Source: Corallochytrium limacisporum Hawaii
Taxonomy: Eukaryota; Protista; Pluriformea
NCBI GenBank assembly: GCA_002811645.1
Contig: PDIP01000055.1
Span: 1 to 56,257 of the forward strand
Length of the DNA: 56,257 nucleotides
Reading direction: 5' to 3'
A program made the position numbers and the translations under genes. The notes beneath the pieces are model-generated. The model was given only the letters and a program-made list of their open reading frames with translations. It was not told the DNA's origin and searched no databases. Below, in pieces: positions 1-10,716 of this stretch. Position 1 is the stretch's first letter, and each line of letters starts with the position of its first letter.

Positions 1-62
1 AACCCTTTGATATTGGATAAGATTTTCGTTGTATTAATCGTTTAATCCGAAATATTTCATAT

Positions 63-2132
63 TTAGGTTGTATGCGTTGTGGCTGTTACTTCTGCGTCCG
101 GTAGGGCGAAGGATGTCGTGGTTTGTGGAGGATAATCTCGTGCTTGCTGTGCGTTGCATCCCTCTTGGCCATTGTTGTTTTCCAGAACCAATTTGGCATC
201 GCAACGGTGAGTGATGGGCACAACACGGAAACCGTCGTTCACGTGAGCAAGACCATGTGTGTTGGCGGAGGTGACTGTGTCCATTAGGGCTTCACTCCAT
301 GGGTTACCCATTCGTTCGTTTTGGGCCTTCAGGAGATCCTGCAGTCGGCCTATATTGACGATTGGTGCTGGGTGAGAACTGCTGCATTGCTGGCCTAAAC
401 TCGTGGTCATGTGGAATAATTCCCACTTGCTGAAAGAGGCTGTTTGCGACCATTCTATGTCGGCTTCAATCTGCTGAACATCTAATGTAACATTCAGTGT
501 GGTGCCATGGGCTGCACAGGCAGAGACCTGGGCAGTGAATTCGTCGGTAACTGAGGTGGTGTAAGAAGAAGACTGTGATCGTGCTGCACTTAAACCTTCT
601 TCCAATGAGGAGGTGACACTAGCAGAGATTTCTGTTCCCATGCCAAAGAACTTGGCGCTCGCAGTCGCAGAAACTCCAAACTCAACCGAACTAGACTCTG
701 ACTGTGAAACTTCAGCGGAGTTGGTGATGGTGGTCGATATGTCGTATGTTTGCTCAAAGACGTCGTCGTAGCATTGAACACCAGTACCTGATAAAGAAGG
801 TGTGTGGATGAACGAATTTTTCCCTCCGTTCTGCCAGATGTAATCATATTCCATATCCCAGATCCAGTCCTTGTAATGGATAGGCATAATGTTCTGGACG
901 TGAGGAATGTTATTGCCACACGATTCCTCGGTAGTCCATGGGAAGGAAATGCTTTGAGGGGGAGCCCAGCAAGACAGCGGTTTCATTGTGTTGCGGTCAA
1001 GCTTACAAGGGAAGATGCCGTGGCGGCCTATAACATCCCTTCCCCAGCATTCCGGAGTCAGCTCGGAAATGTTAAGGTTGAACGGGTCGAAGAGGTCTCG
1101 GAAGTAGTGTTCCTTTTCCTGGTGACTTATGTCTTTGGATATAAGCGGTATGAGTGCCATGGGGGCCCAGAGTCCAGAAAGAGTGTACATAAGTGATTTT
1201 GAATAGTCCTGTTGCTGACGAGTGTAACATTCTTCCTCTTCTTGGCCCTCGAGCTCTTCACAGATCTCTTCCGGATCTCCGTCGGCGGCGGCAAAGTGAT
1301 CTAATTCGCCAAGAATCCAGGTGTTCAAGTCTTCACCTAGTTCAATGAAATACTCTGCAATAGGTAGGATGCTGCATTTTCCTGAAAACGCCAACTCCCA
1401 CATTGGATCCGTCAGGTCTTCAAACATACTCGGCATGCAATCTGGCAACTCCACTGTGGAGTAAGGATTGCTCAGATCACACTCTTTTGGATCCCATCCA
1501 GTCGAAAGGGACAGACAGCCATGACTGGGAAAGTCCCGCTCAGTATTCGGAGGATCAGTGCCATAACCAATACCTCTTAACGTCTTTCGCACAACTGATT
1601 CACCAGGTTTTACACTGATTGGTGGCCAAAAAAACGCATACGGACCGATTTGTTGCTGGTAGGTTGCATCCTGCACCATTTGGTTCCACTGGACTTGCGG
1701 ATCCAGAGTGGGGTCATGGGTGTACCAATCGAGGGGACCAAATAAAGATCCACCTGATATATCCCACTGTTTACTGTACATCCGGGTCGCCAAGCGGTTT
1801 GGTTCAAAGTAGGCAATTTCTACGCAAGTGAACCCACTACCAAGCGCGTCCACGAATGGTGGGTTCCAATATTCCATTGTATGTGCCATGCTTGGACCAG
1901 CTTGTAGACTAGCGTACTCGTCCATTACGGGAATAAACTCCAAGTCCTCGGAGCCGTTGTTGGTGAACGTGCAACTGTACTCTTTCTTTGCAGTAATATA
2001 GTTGCACTCAACGTCAGGATAGTTCTTCCAGCCCGAGTGAGAGTACATTGCAGTATGCTCTAATGGCAATGCATAGGCAAATTGCATCGTAAAAGGCAGA
2101 ATCCACAGAAAACGCTTCATTTTGATTGTCAT
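63..2132 (-). CDS. Secreted aerolysin/ETX-MTX2-like beta-pore-forming protein A (689 aa) with an extra N-terminal beta-sandwich-like domain
   Basis: Signal-peptide-like N-terminus (MKRFLWILPFTMQFAYA; start could be 2120). Ser/Thr-rich strands flank an alternating amphipathic hairpin (TYDISTTITNSAEVSQSESSSVEFGVSATASAKFFGMGTEISASVTSSLEEG...SQSSSYTTSVTDEFT), followed by TLNVTLDVQQIEADIEW, a pattern typical of the aerolysin/ETX-MTX2 pore module. Cys-rich. Confidence 0.75.
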   Translation of the reverse strand: MTIKMKRFLWILPFTMQFAYALPLEHTAMYSHSGWKNYPDVECNYITAKKEYSCTFTNNGSEDLEFIPVMDEYASLQAGPSMAHTMEYWNPPFVDALGSGFTCVEIAYFEPNRLATRMYSKQWDISGGSLFGPLDWYTHDPTLDPQVQWNQMVQDATYQQQIGPYAFFWPPISVKPGESVVRKTLRGIGYGTDPPNTERDFPSHGCLSLSTGWDPKECDLSNPYSTVELPDCMPSMFEDLTDPMWELAFSGKCSILPIAEYFIELGEDLNTWILGELDHFAAADGDPEEICEELEGQEEEECYTRQQQDYSKSLMYTLSGLWAPMALIPLISKDISHQEKEHYFRDLFDPFNLNISELTPECWGRDVIGRHGIFPCKLDRNTMKPLSCWAPPQSISFPWTTEESCGNNIPHVQNIMPIHYKDWIWDMEYDYIWQNGGKNSFIHTPSLSGTGVQCYDDVFEQTYDISTTITNSAEVSQSESSSVEFGVSATASAKFFGMGTEISASVTSSLEEGLSAARSQSSSYTTSVTDEFTAQVSACAAHGTTLNVTLDVQQIEADIEWSQTASFSKWELFHMTTSLGQQCSSSHPAPIVNIGRLQDLLKAQNERMGNPWSEALMDTVTSANTHGLAHVNDGFRVVPITHRCDAKLVLENNNGQEGCNAQQARDYPPQTTTSFALPDAEVTATTHTT

Positions 2133-2247
2133 CTGCTGGTCGAATGATTTTGGTTCCAGAGAAGAGAGTTCAAGGAAGAAGACGAGTGATCAGCACTGTC
2201 TCAGATTGGTAAGTCTGTCGCTGCAGTTCTTTCTTCGACTGTCGTTC

Positions 2248-2256
2248 TCTTAAGTA
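2248..2256 (-). promoter_or_regulatory. Candidate TATA-like core promoter element TACTTAAGA of pore-forming gene A
   Basis: TACTTAAGA lies about 116 nt upstream of the ATG; the identical 9-mer is upstream of paralog B at 5215-5223. Confidence 0.35.
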
Positions 2257-2677
2257 GCCTTGTCATGCTTTCACAGACATTGCGTTATTGAGCGTTTGGT
2301 GTCTGTAAAGATGTTGATGTGCGCCTTGTGAATGAGTAGCACCTTTGGGTTAGGATACTTGGGTCCAAAGTGACCTGGCAGCTTTGTCTGACAACTCACG
2401 TGCCTCCTTGTTCTTATTCACGATGGCACCGAAGAGCTTTATCACAGAAGAAACGTCTTCGGAATGAAGAGCATGCGAACCTTGTTTCTAAACTCTTCAA
2501 CGACTGCCCGCAGAGGATCTCTCCCGATGGCATGCCATGCCCTGTTCGCTCTGCATTCGGAACCTCACACTCCCTGAGGTCAATGTACTACACTGCCGTA
2601 GGAACAAATCTACCACGTTCCAAAACTGGCCTGGCCGTCAGATATGGACTTTATTGCGGATAAGACAGCAGATGGGG

Positions 2678-4012
2678 AGTTGTCCATGAGCGGGTCGTCT
2701 TTACAAATATTTGGTCTTCAGAGTTAAGCTTGCGGCCGCTGATGCAATTACCGACGTAATTGACCAGAAAACCCAATCTACGGGTGCGGTCCATTGCTAA
2801 GTGGACAGTGACGAAACAGTCTATCATTGAGTCTACTACATCCCTGATTCGACTGGTTCTACAGTAGTTCGGATCGTAACATGCAATATCTTTGCAGAGT
2901 TTTGTAGAATGGTACATCTAAGAGGTTCGTAGAAAGATCTTTGACACGCATGGAGAGTCGCCTGCTTGTCATTAATATTTCTTCTGAAATCTCACCCTGG
3001 GCACGACTCCACGAAAAATTTGAGGGATCATTCTGACCGCCGAAGATTCCGTAAGAGCTGGACTTGCGGTGGTTGATGATGTTGATATAGCACCTTCTGG
3101 AGCCGTCTAGCTTCTTAGTGTCACTGGGGTCATTAGGTGATTGTCCTAAAAAAAACATTGGTCTGCACCATAGTGATGTGCTGGCAAAGAGTATAATCTT
3201 AGGTGTTTTCTACTGGATACCAACGTCTGTGGGCCGTAAACATTGTTCTAGTCTAATCGCAAGCTTGTCAATGGGAGAACATTCTACGAAGACCTTCGAC
3301 TTGGGGGCCACCATAATGACTATCACCAGTGCTTCGATAGATGGAAGTGCGGCTTTCAATATACCACGTACCCTACGACGGAAAGCAGTAGGCCTGACAA
3401 TTCAGCTTACTGTTCCCCCATTTGCTGGGCTTCCCTGATAAGCACACTGAGCCCAGGAGTTGGGGGCCTTTTTTGTCTGAGCGAACGAAAATCCCGCAAT
3501 CAGTTGGAGGGTTTCCACAGGCTGCCCTATCGGATTTCGTTTGACCCTGGAGACGTCAAAGCCCTGTTATTGCACACTAGACTGTGTCTCACCCAATATT
3601 CGAGCTCATTCACCATTTACAAAACCGTTTTGGTTCCCGTTGCAAGTGGGCGCATAAGACCAATCTGTTCTCTGCGACTATCACAAAGATAGGCCCCTAG
3701 CGAGGGTTCTGCTTTGTGCAGTTGGTACCACGGTCATTTGCTGGTTTACAAGGAACAGAAGTTTATCGTCTTCTGCTCCTATATCTACATGCAAAAGGGC
3801 CTTCTGCGTTTTCGACTTCTTGGCAGAGTGTCGCGGGGAAGAACAACTTTACTGAAAAAAACTTATCAAGCAATTAAAGAACGCCTTGCTGATAAAAATG
3901 CCCAGTTGACAGTCGTCCATGAGTTGGTCATCATGATTACCATTTTACCAAAATGGTTGCGCTTGCGACTATTGATGTAGTTGGTGACGTACTGGACGGG
4001 ACAACGCAATCT
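2678..4012 (-). pseudogene. Decayed repeat-containing coding relic of unknown family
   Basis: Two ungapped 34-codon blocks (3911-4012 and 2678-2779) translate to RLRCPVQYVTNYINSRKRNHFGKMVIMMTNSWTT and RLGFLVNYVGNCISGRKLNSEDQIFVKTTRSWTT (15/34 identical). A weaker third copy is at about 3003-3110. Surrounding frames contain stops. Confidence 0.45.
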
Positions 4013-5214
4013 ATTGTCCATTCCGAGTTCGTTTCCAGCCATGTCAGGATCCCGCTTTGCTTATGCCCTTACTCGAGGTTGGACTTTGCTAGAGGGTGTG
4101 TATCTTTATTGTTAGCTAACAGGCCCTTCCACGAGCCATGACCCCGTTGGTACATAGCAACAGTACTATAGCACGTCGAGGTATCCAATTACAATGCCCG
4201 CGCCTTCGGTGCCAAAGGTAGGAAGCTGATATAGCTGGGGCTCTAGGTCTGCTTGTGATTACACGGTGGTACTATTCGGAGCCTCGCAGTCTACACTGTC
4301 GCCTTTGTCAGCCTGAGGACACAAAAATGTGTATGTTCTGGCAGATCGTCCGCTTGATTCTCCGAGTACTGCACGTTTGGTGACTCCAATTGGCAACTAC
4401 TGACTATCCAGTTGACAAAGGTATGTGAATAGAAATCAATGTACTTGCTGACTGCTCTCTGCAATCTACACCACCTGTGTTGAAATTCGCATGTCCAATT
4501 GACGAAGCAACTTGCAATACAGTGTGCACAGTCTCAATCGTCCCATGAATGAGCACCCAAGCTGGTGGTTTTTAAAATTGGTGTCCCTCTCCTGCGAATT
4601 TAAGAGAAACCGTGCTTTATGCCGTTTGTAGATTGCGGCTTAGAGTCGGTGCTTCGATGGCAGTACTATGCCGTGGGTGACAAAGGGCACGGTTCGAATA
4701 TAGCCAAACAAACCAATCTAATCGCGGAAAGGCGGGTGTGGATTGGCCCTCTGTTCACTCAGTAGACTACGGTAACTTCCACCAACGAATATACAAACAA
4801 ATGACCCACAGGACTCCAGAAAGAGACATGCAAGTGAAGAACAAATCGACCGCAGCAGTAATAGTCATTGAATTCATCACATTCCGTGATTCATTAGATG
4901 CAATGACCCATGGCAATTTAGTTAGTGTGGTCGTCCGGAAGGGGAGCTGGCAGCGTTGTAATGCCGTTTTAATAGATAATCATCTGAAACATTTGAAGTA
5001 ATAGGAACAGTGGTTAAGGAAAGAACAGTCTACCTCCTCTAACATGTGGTGAATGATCAACCGTGTGCAAGACGATAAGTAATCAAGTTGATCTCGCGGA
5101 ACTTAGTGGGCATTGGGTACACGGCAGCGGACCTAGATGCTGTAGCATGGCGGTCAGTCAAACCTCTAGTAGGGCGAAAATACATAGTGGTGCCATCTTT
5201 GGCACAGCTGAGAG

Positions 5215-5223
5215 TACTTAAGA
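5215..5223 (+). promoter_or_regulatory. Candidate TATA-like core promoter element TACTTAAGA of pore-forming gene B
   Basis: About 136 nt upstream of ATG 5359; same 9-mer as upstream of gene A, and both are followed closely by AACG. Confidence 0.35.
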
Positions 5224-5358
5224 ACGCTAGCACCTAATCCTATTTAATGTCATGGTCGAGATGTAGTGCGATCAAGACAAAACACCACGTACCCCTGATC
5301 TTGATCTCAACTCTGAACCTGTGTTGACCATAAGTAGACCAAGGCTGTAATTTGCAAA

Positions 5359-6783
5359 ATGACTCGCTTCCGAACCCATACTTTGCCACTGCTGATCTGT
5401 GCACTGGCCTTGACAGATGCCCAGAGCTCATGTGTCTCTGCTCCTTCCTCCCCCTTCGACACATGCAATGACGGTGCTTTTGTCCTTGGCACGGGCTACC
5501 AGTTCTGGGACTTGCTGATGAGTGGCAGTTGTGATATGAAATTCATGGCACTGCATATCCTTGAAAGTGGAAGTAACTTTGATCTTCAAATGCGCAATTA
5601 TCTCGGACGTTATGTTGTGCAAGATGACCCCATCGAGTCTGTCATGGCTAAGATTAATACTGTCGTGGCCGCGGTGCTGATGACCCCATTCTACTCGGAG
5701 GCCATCAGTGAGGCTGAGAAGAAAGCCTACGCGGAAGAATTATATGGGACTTTCTATAAACAAGCGTCCACTGAGGTAGGTACCTGCGAGTCAACTTGTG
5801 CTAAGGGCGATTTGACGTGTACGACGACCCCATGGAGCATTCACTGCCCGACGGATCTCAACCGTAACTTGCATGTCGACGAAGATGTTCCACTTAAGAA
5901 TCGTTGGTGGGTGCTGGATTGGACAACCAAGCCCCAAGCCGCCAGTTCGGTCATCATGAATAACGATGGTCCGGAGTGCGAAACGGTCACGGTTGCGTAC
6001 TCCAGGACAATCACCACTGAGCATACTACGACCGTGGAAGAATCCTTTGGCCGTGAGCGCTCCGTGTCGACTGAGATGGAGATGTCAGTGCAAGTATCAG
6101 GAGGCTTCGGTGGCATGGACACAGAGTTTGAGACTTCTTTGAAGAGCACTTTTGAACAAACAATTGAAGAAGCATACTCTTCTGAGTATGAGGTGACCGA
6201 GTCAGAGTCTATTACTGCCAGCAGCGAAGAAACCCTCCAAGTACCCGCAATGAGCATTCTCGTTCACAATGTTTTCGTTGAACAAGTAGAGGCAACCTTG
6301 TTGTTTAGTCTCGACTCCACATTCGAACAGAACGAGTTTGTTAATTGTTACATCAGCACTTCTCCAAACATGACGGGTCAACCTGACAGTGGTGCCACCA
6401 TGAATGAGCTCAAAGCCCTGGTTGAAAGGGTGAACAACCTATTGAAGTTAGACTTCTCCCAGTTGTTCATTGACCAAATGTTTACAGCATCTGTTGGTGG
6501 CTCTTCAACAGTCTTGGCAGGTAGCCGAACCAGCACGAATACACATAGATGCATCTTCGAAGAGGAGCGCAGAGATCAATGTACACGTGAAGATGAGCTG
6601 GGAGGTCATGGATACCCCGGTGATATAGGCGAAGTCTGCGGAAGCAGTGGGGACAAGAGTTCCGCAAACGCTTCGGCATTCGAGCTGGCAGGCGTTATCG
6701 ATGATAACACATTTGTTTATAATTTGGTTCTTGACGAGGAATCCAACGGCAGTGCAGGTGAGATACAAACCATTGTCATATAA
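5359..6783 (+). CDS. Secreted aerolysin/ETX-MTX2-like beta-pore-forming protein B (474 aa)
   Basis: Signal peptide (MTRFRTHTLPLLICALALTDA). Pore-module pattern TVTVAYSRTITTEHTTTVEESFGRERSVSTEMEMSVQVSGGFGGMDTEFETSLKSTFE...TESESITASSEETLQVPAMSILVHNVFVEQVEA. Shares collinear motifs with gene A. Confidence 0.75.
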   Translation: MTRFRTHTLPLLICALALTDAQSSCVSAPSSPFDTCNDGAFVLGTGYQFWDLLMSGSCDMKFMALHILESGSNFDLQMRNYLGRYVVQDDPIESVMAKINTVVAAVLMTPFYSEAISEAEKKAYAEELYGTFYKQASTEVGTCESTCAKGDLTCTTTPWSIHCPTDLNRNLHVDEDVPLKNRWWVLDWTTKPQAASSVIMNNDGPECETVTVAYSRTITTEHTTTVEESFGRERSVSTEMEMSVQVSGGFGGMDTEFETSLKSTFEQTIEEAYSSEYEVTESESITASSEETLQVPAMSILVHNVFVEQVEATLLFSLDSTFEQNEFVNCYISTSPNMTGQPDSGATMNELKALVERVNNLLKLDFSQLFIDQMFTASVGGSSTVLAGSRTSTNTHRCIFEEERRDQCTREDELGGHGYPGDIGEVCGSSGDKSSANASAFELAGVIDDNTFVYNLVLDEESNGSAGEIQTIVI

Positions 6784-7404
6784 AACCAGCACTGGTAATC
6801 GTGCATAGTGCTCAGATGCCATAAATTAATAAGATGGACTCCCGACAATATCAAACAAATCATTGCCTTGGCTGGTGACTATGTGATCCAATCATCAAAC
6901 TCTCGGTTTCGCTATATTGGTGGTGTACGAGAACGCAAGCTGGTTCACGAAACATGATAAATTAGGTCGCTAACATTGTATGGATATATGGACATTACAA
7001 GACATGTCTTGATTTGTATCCTAATCAGGCATTATTTCTTCTTTTCTTCTGGTACCGGGGATGTCAAATTCTTAATCGGCAATTTCTGGGCCTGTGCGCA
7101 AGCAAACGGCCACCGCCCGGAGCAGTGTGCTTGTTCATTACAAATACCAACATACTCTTATCTGAACCTTCTTTGTTAGGAATTTAATGGACATTGAATT
7201 TCACGTCAAAACCAATCCCGCCACCTTGGCGCTATGGCAGAGAGAGTTTAGTACGATCGAGAGCGTCCCTCACGGAAATATTGTCCTGGAATTCCGCGTG
7301 AGAAAGTTTGTTTAGCGATGGGGGTCAAACAAGAAAGCCTTCCTGTCAGTCTACAGCTGTCCAGGTCTCTGTTCTTGAGTCGTACTCACTCGTACTCCCT
7401 TTTT

Positions 7405-7824
7405 TTACCTAATGTGGTCTTCCACAGTGTAGTGAATATCGCACCAGAGCTTGTTCTTACGGCTGCGGACGCGCACATGACCATCATCGCAATCGCTGGC
7501 GGTAAGTGTCTTCTTACGACTTAGCAACTCGACGTGGTCGGGTGTGGCGAGAGAGATGGTAAGCTGGACATCAGTGTCAGGATCGACAGAAAGCCAGGGC
7601 CGTTCGAGGTCCCAGGTAGCAACACGGCTCTCTTCCCCCTCGTGCAAGTATTTACCATAGTGGAGCCTGTCTTGGGTCAGTTGCACGCTTCCATAGAGGA
7701 CCCGATCGTCCCATTGGAGGCATGAAATATTGGTGATCTGGATTTTCTTCTTAGTCACCTCGTCAGCGGACACACCAGCCAGCAGAGCGGCAACAAGAGC
7801 AATCTCGGCAAAACGGAACTGCAT
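7405..7824 (-). CDS. Small secreted protein, possible C2-like beta-sandwich (139 aa)
   Basis: Clear signal peptide (MQFRFAEIALVAALLAGVSA). The mature part is predicted all-beta by eye, with a C2-like strand order (KIQITNISC...YGSVQL...ATWD...VQLTISL...ELL...WCDIHYTV). The CDS is well supported; the fold is tentative. Confidence 0.7.
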   Translation of the reverse strand: MQFRFAEIALVAALLAGVSADEVTKKKIQITNISCLQWDDRVLYGSVQLTQDRLHYGKYLHEGEESRVATWDLERPWLSVDPDTDVQLTISLATPDHVELLSRKKTLTASDCDDGHVRVRSRKNKLWCDIHYTVEDHIR

Positions 7825-7930
7825 GATGGATAAGAAAAATTAGAATGATCAAACTTCTTTGGCCAATACTGGGTCTTTTTCACATTGATCTTCCAACTTC
7901 CCTGTGTGAACTGATCAGGGCAGCCATCCC

Positions 7931-7940
7931 TTAAATACGT
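7931..7940 (-). promoter_or_regulatory. Candidate core promoter ACGTATTTAA
   Basis: About 107 nt upstream of ATG 7824; the identical 10-mer lies about 111 nt upstream of ORF 16676-16918. Confidence 0.4.
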
Positions 7941-9859
7941 GCTCGGTACACAGTGATGTGGCACATGTGCAGCAAGTGCAATCATTGTTGGACAATAAAA
8001 CCCAGTTGTACGGTTCTCTCACACCTCCACGAGATGTGGTGCGAACTTTACATATCTCAGCTTCTCAGTGTGAGTGTTCAGCTTGTCTGAGGAGAACGCT
8101 TCATGGTCTTTTCCCTCACCCGCCTCCCCCACTCCAGTAGGCGAGGTTTGGAGTCAGTTCCTGTCTCTACTCCTCAGGAGGCACCACGGGCAGTACAGCT
8201 TGTTTTGTATCCAGTGTTGTCCTGTACCTTCTCCCTCGTTTGAGCAACCCTTTAATGGTGTGTGTGAACAACTACCGTCCGTGTCTCCTCCCTCGACCTT
8301 GCCGTCCTAACGTGTGGGTCGGTCTTCACACTATCCAGCAAGCGCTCTGCGAGCGAACACTTCGACTGCTAGAAAGGAAATAGTGGATTGGAAGGGGCGT
8401 ACCCAATATATTGGACCTCTGTGAAACAAGGGGGGGGGTATCACAAAATGGCCTTCCAAGTCTGAACAATGTCTCCACGTACACGTGCGCACGAGCCCGG
8501 GCGGGGTTTGCGCACATTTGGCAGCAGCTGGATCATTTGAAGAATCGGGGTGATGGAAGGGGATCTAAATAGGGGAGCAGAAATTGGTTTCAGAGCAATG
8601 ACCCCTTCCGAAATAAGGAGGTTCTACATATTTTGCTTCCCATTCGCCGCTAATTTCCACCGGGGGCCGCAGGAATCAGAGAGTCCATACGCGAACCGTT
8701 CCGCGCTGTACTCTAATGGCATTCGGTTGCTCGCACCTTCCAAACATGACAGCCAATCGAAGGCACCAAGGCTTTAGATTGCGCACTGTCATCGTGAAAG
8801 AACGACTGGGACAGGCGCCCAAGAAAAAAAAAATACAGGTTAGCTAACGTGGATGGGGAACCGCGAGAGAAGCAGGAGCAAATGCTGCTACTTTTAGGCC
8901 CAGGGGAGCAATGAAAATTTGATGCCGGTACTCGGGGTGTGCCTTATCGGCCAGAGGAACCATTGATAGAGAACTGAAACACCACATGTGCGCTGCTACC
9001 TTCTACCTGGCAACTTATCACTATCCCTGTGTACAGAAACAATCCGTCTGCACTACTTTGCATGAGAGACTCACCCGGCTTGCGCGCACCATATGTACAC
9101 TTACATCATGCAGGCCTGTAGAATAAGAGTAACGGTTGTATCGCCGATTTCAAAGTGTTTCAAGAGACGAGAGAAGGCACGCCCACAACTAGCCGGCAGA
9201 GTTAAAGGTCAAGCCAAGCCATGCAACGTAAGGCCGTACTGGTGGTCTGCTACACCATTCAAACACAAGTTTCAGGAAGAAGTAAAGAGAGCATGCAAAA
9301 TACGCATTGTTTGCCGTATTCATGGAGTGTGAAGGCACAGATGCCAACCGACGAGCGTGTCTGTATTCGGTATTGCTTCTTTTTGGGTGGTAACTTCCTG
9401 GTGGCTTGACGAAACCAAGTCGAGATTGGACATCCCATGGTGTCAGAAACCTTCCTAACATTCCATCTAAAGACCGTTGCTATAAACCATGCAAGCTCTG
9501 CAATGCGCCTACCAATACGTTTAGGATGCGGACGAGCTCGAGTGGAAAGCCTTGCTGTTGGGGGGGAGGGTTGCCGGGTATGGTGGTAGGTGAAAAACTC
9601 TCTTCGTTTGGTGAGGGCGGGAGTAGCAAATACATCACGTTTAGTATAGAAAAACTATGGCGCTCGATACTGACGAAGATAACGCTATAGAGTTTTATCC
9701 TTGCCCATTACAAGGTTTTTTAGACGATAGCGAATGAATTTGTGAACTTATTACCGACGTCTATGACTAGTTTATACTAATGGTTGCATGCAGACATGCT
9801 TAGAGACCCAGATACGATGCTTTGCCAGGCTCGTAAAAAAGAACGAGTGCGCTTTCCAA

Positions 9860-10501
9860 TTACGCGAAGGCCTCCTTCGCGAGAATGTAGGGTCCAACGA
9901 TCAGAGCAACTGCAGGAGCGAAGAAGGCCAGGTATCCCCAAGGACGCACTTGCAGTTTGTCCTTGAAATCCACCTCCATGAAATAGAAGTGGGTAACACC
10001 GACAGCAGTGACAGCAAGCCCCGCTGCCTGAGTCACCGTCAAGAACCCAAGCTCAAACAGGAGGAGCATTGCATTGCCGATACTACCCAGCACAATAGAA
10101 AGCTTTCGCTTGGCCACCAGGCGCTCTTTGGGAGACTTCGCGTTCATCTCGTTGAAGGCCTTGGGGAAGGTCTGGATCTCAGGAATATTAGGTGATCCGT
10201 AGTACTTGAAAATGGAGTAGGCCGCGTGGATCTGCAGCAAGATGCTTGACACAGTCAAGAGACTGGCAGTGTCACAGATTCGATCGAACCCTGGGGTGAA
10301 AACAAAAGCCAGACCAGTCAACCCAGCTAGAGAGATCACCTTGTTCCACTGGACAAGGGTATGATCAACACTCTTGCGCACGAACAGCACATCCCAGAGG
10401 TCGTCCATGACCAGGGTTTTTGCAGACTTACTGTATGCTGTGTAGAGCAGCAGGTAGGATGCAATGATCCCCCCCATGCAAACTTCTCCAGACATCGCCA
10501 T
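9860..10501 (-). CDS. Uncharacterised polytopic membrane protein (213 aa)
   Basis: Five or six hydrophobic segments, good start context (aagATGg), motif-like segments NKVISLAGLT and HFYFMEVDFKDKLQVRPWGYL. Confidence 0.75.
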   Translation of the reverse strand: MAMSGEVCMGGIIASYLLLYTAYSKSAKTLVMDDLWDVLFVRKSVDHTLVQWNKVISLAGLTGLAFVFTPGFDRICDTASLLTVSSILLQIHAAYSIFKYYGSPNIPEIQTFPKAFNEMNAKSPKERLVAKRKLSIVLGSIGNAMLLLFELGFLTVTQAAGLAVTAVGVTHFYFMEVDFKDKLQVRPWGYLAFFAPAVALIVGPYILAKEAFA

Positions 10502-10681
10502 CTTGAATAACGATTAAACAGGAACTACCAGTCGAAGAAGAGATGATACTTACTACACGGTGGCTCAGATCCAAATCACACCAAAAGATCCGTTTTCTTA
10601 GAATAGGTTGATCATGCTGCAGGGCTATCCGTTGTATCAAGACTTTACGAGAATTAGTGTCATTTGAATGTCAGGTCCAAC

Positions 10682-10716
10682 ATATATATATAAAATATAT
10701 ATATATATATATATAT
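10682..10716. repeat. (TA)n microsatellite
   Basis: ATATATATATAAAATATATATATATATATATATAT, upstream of the membrane protein gene. Confidence 0.9.

Noticed and set aside
1-10. Telomere repeat (AACCCT) at the window start
   Set aside because: Single unit only; no tandem array.
4290-4560. Third degenerate copy of the pore-forming gene N-terminus (NWTCEF...)
   Set aside because: Resemblance limited to a few residues; not distinguishable from chance.
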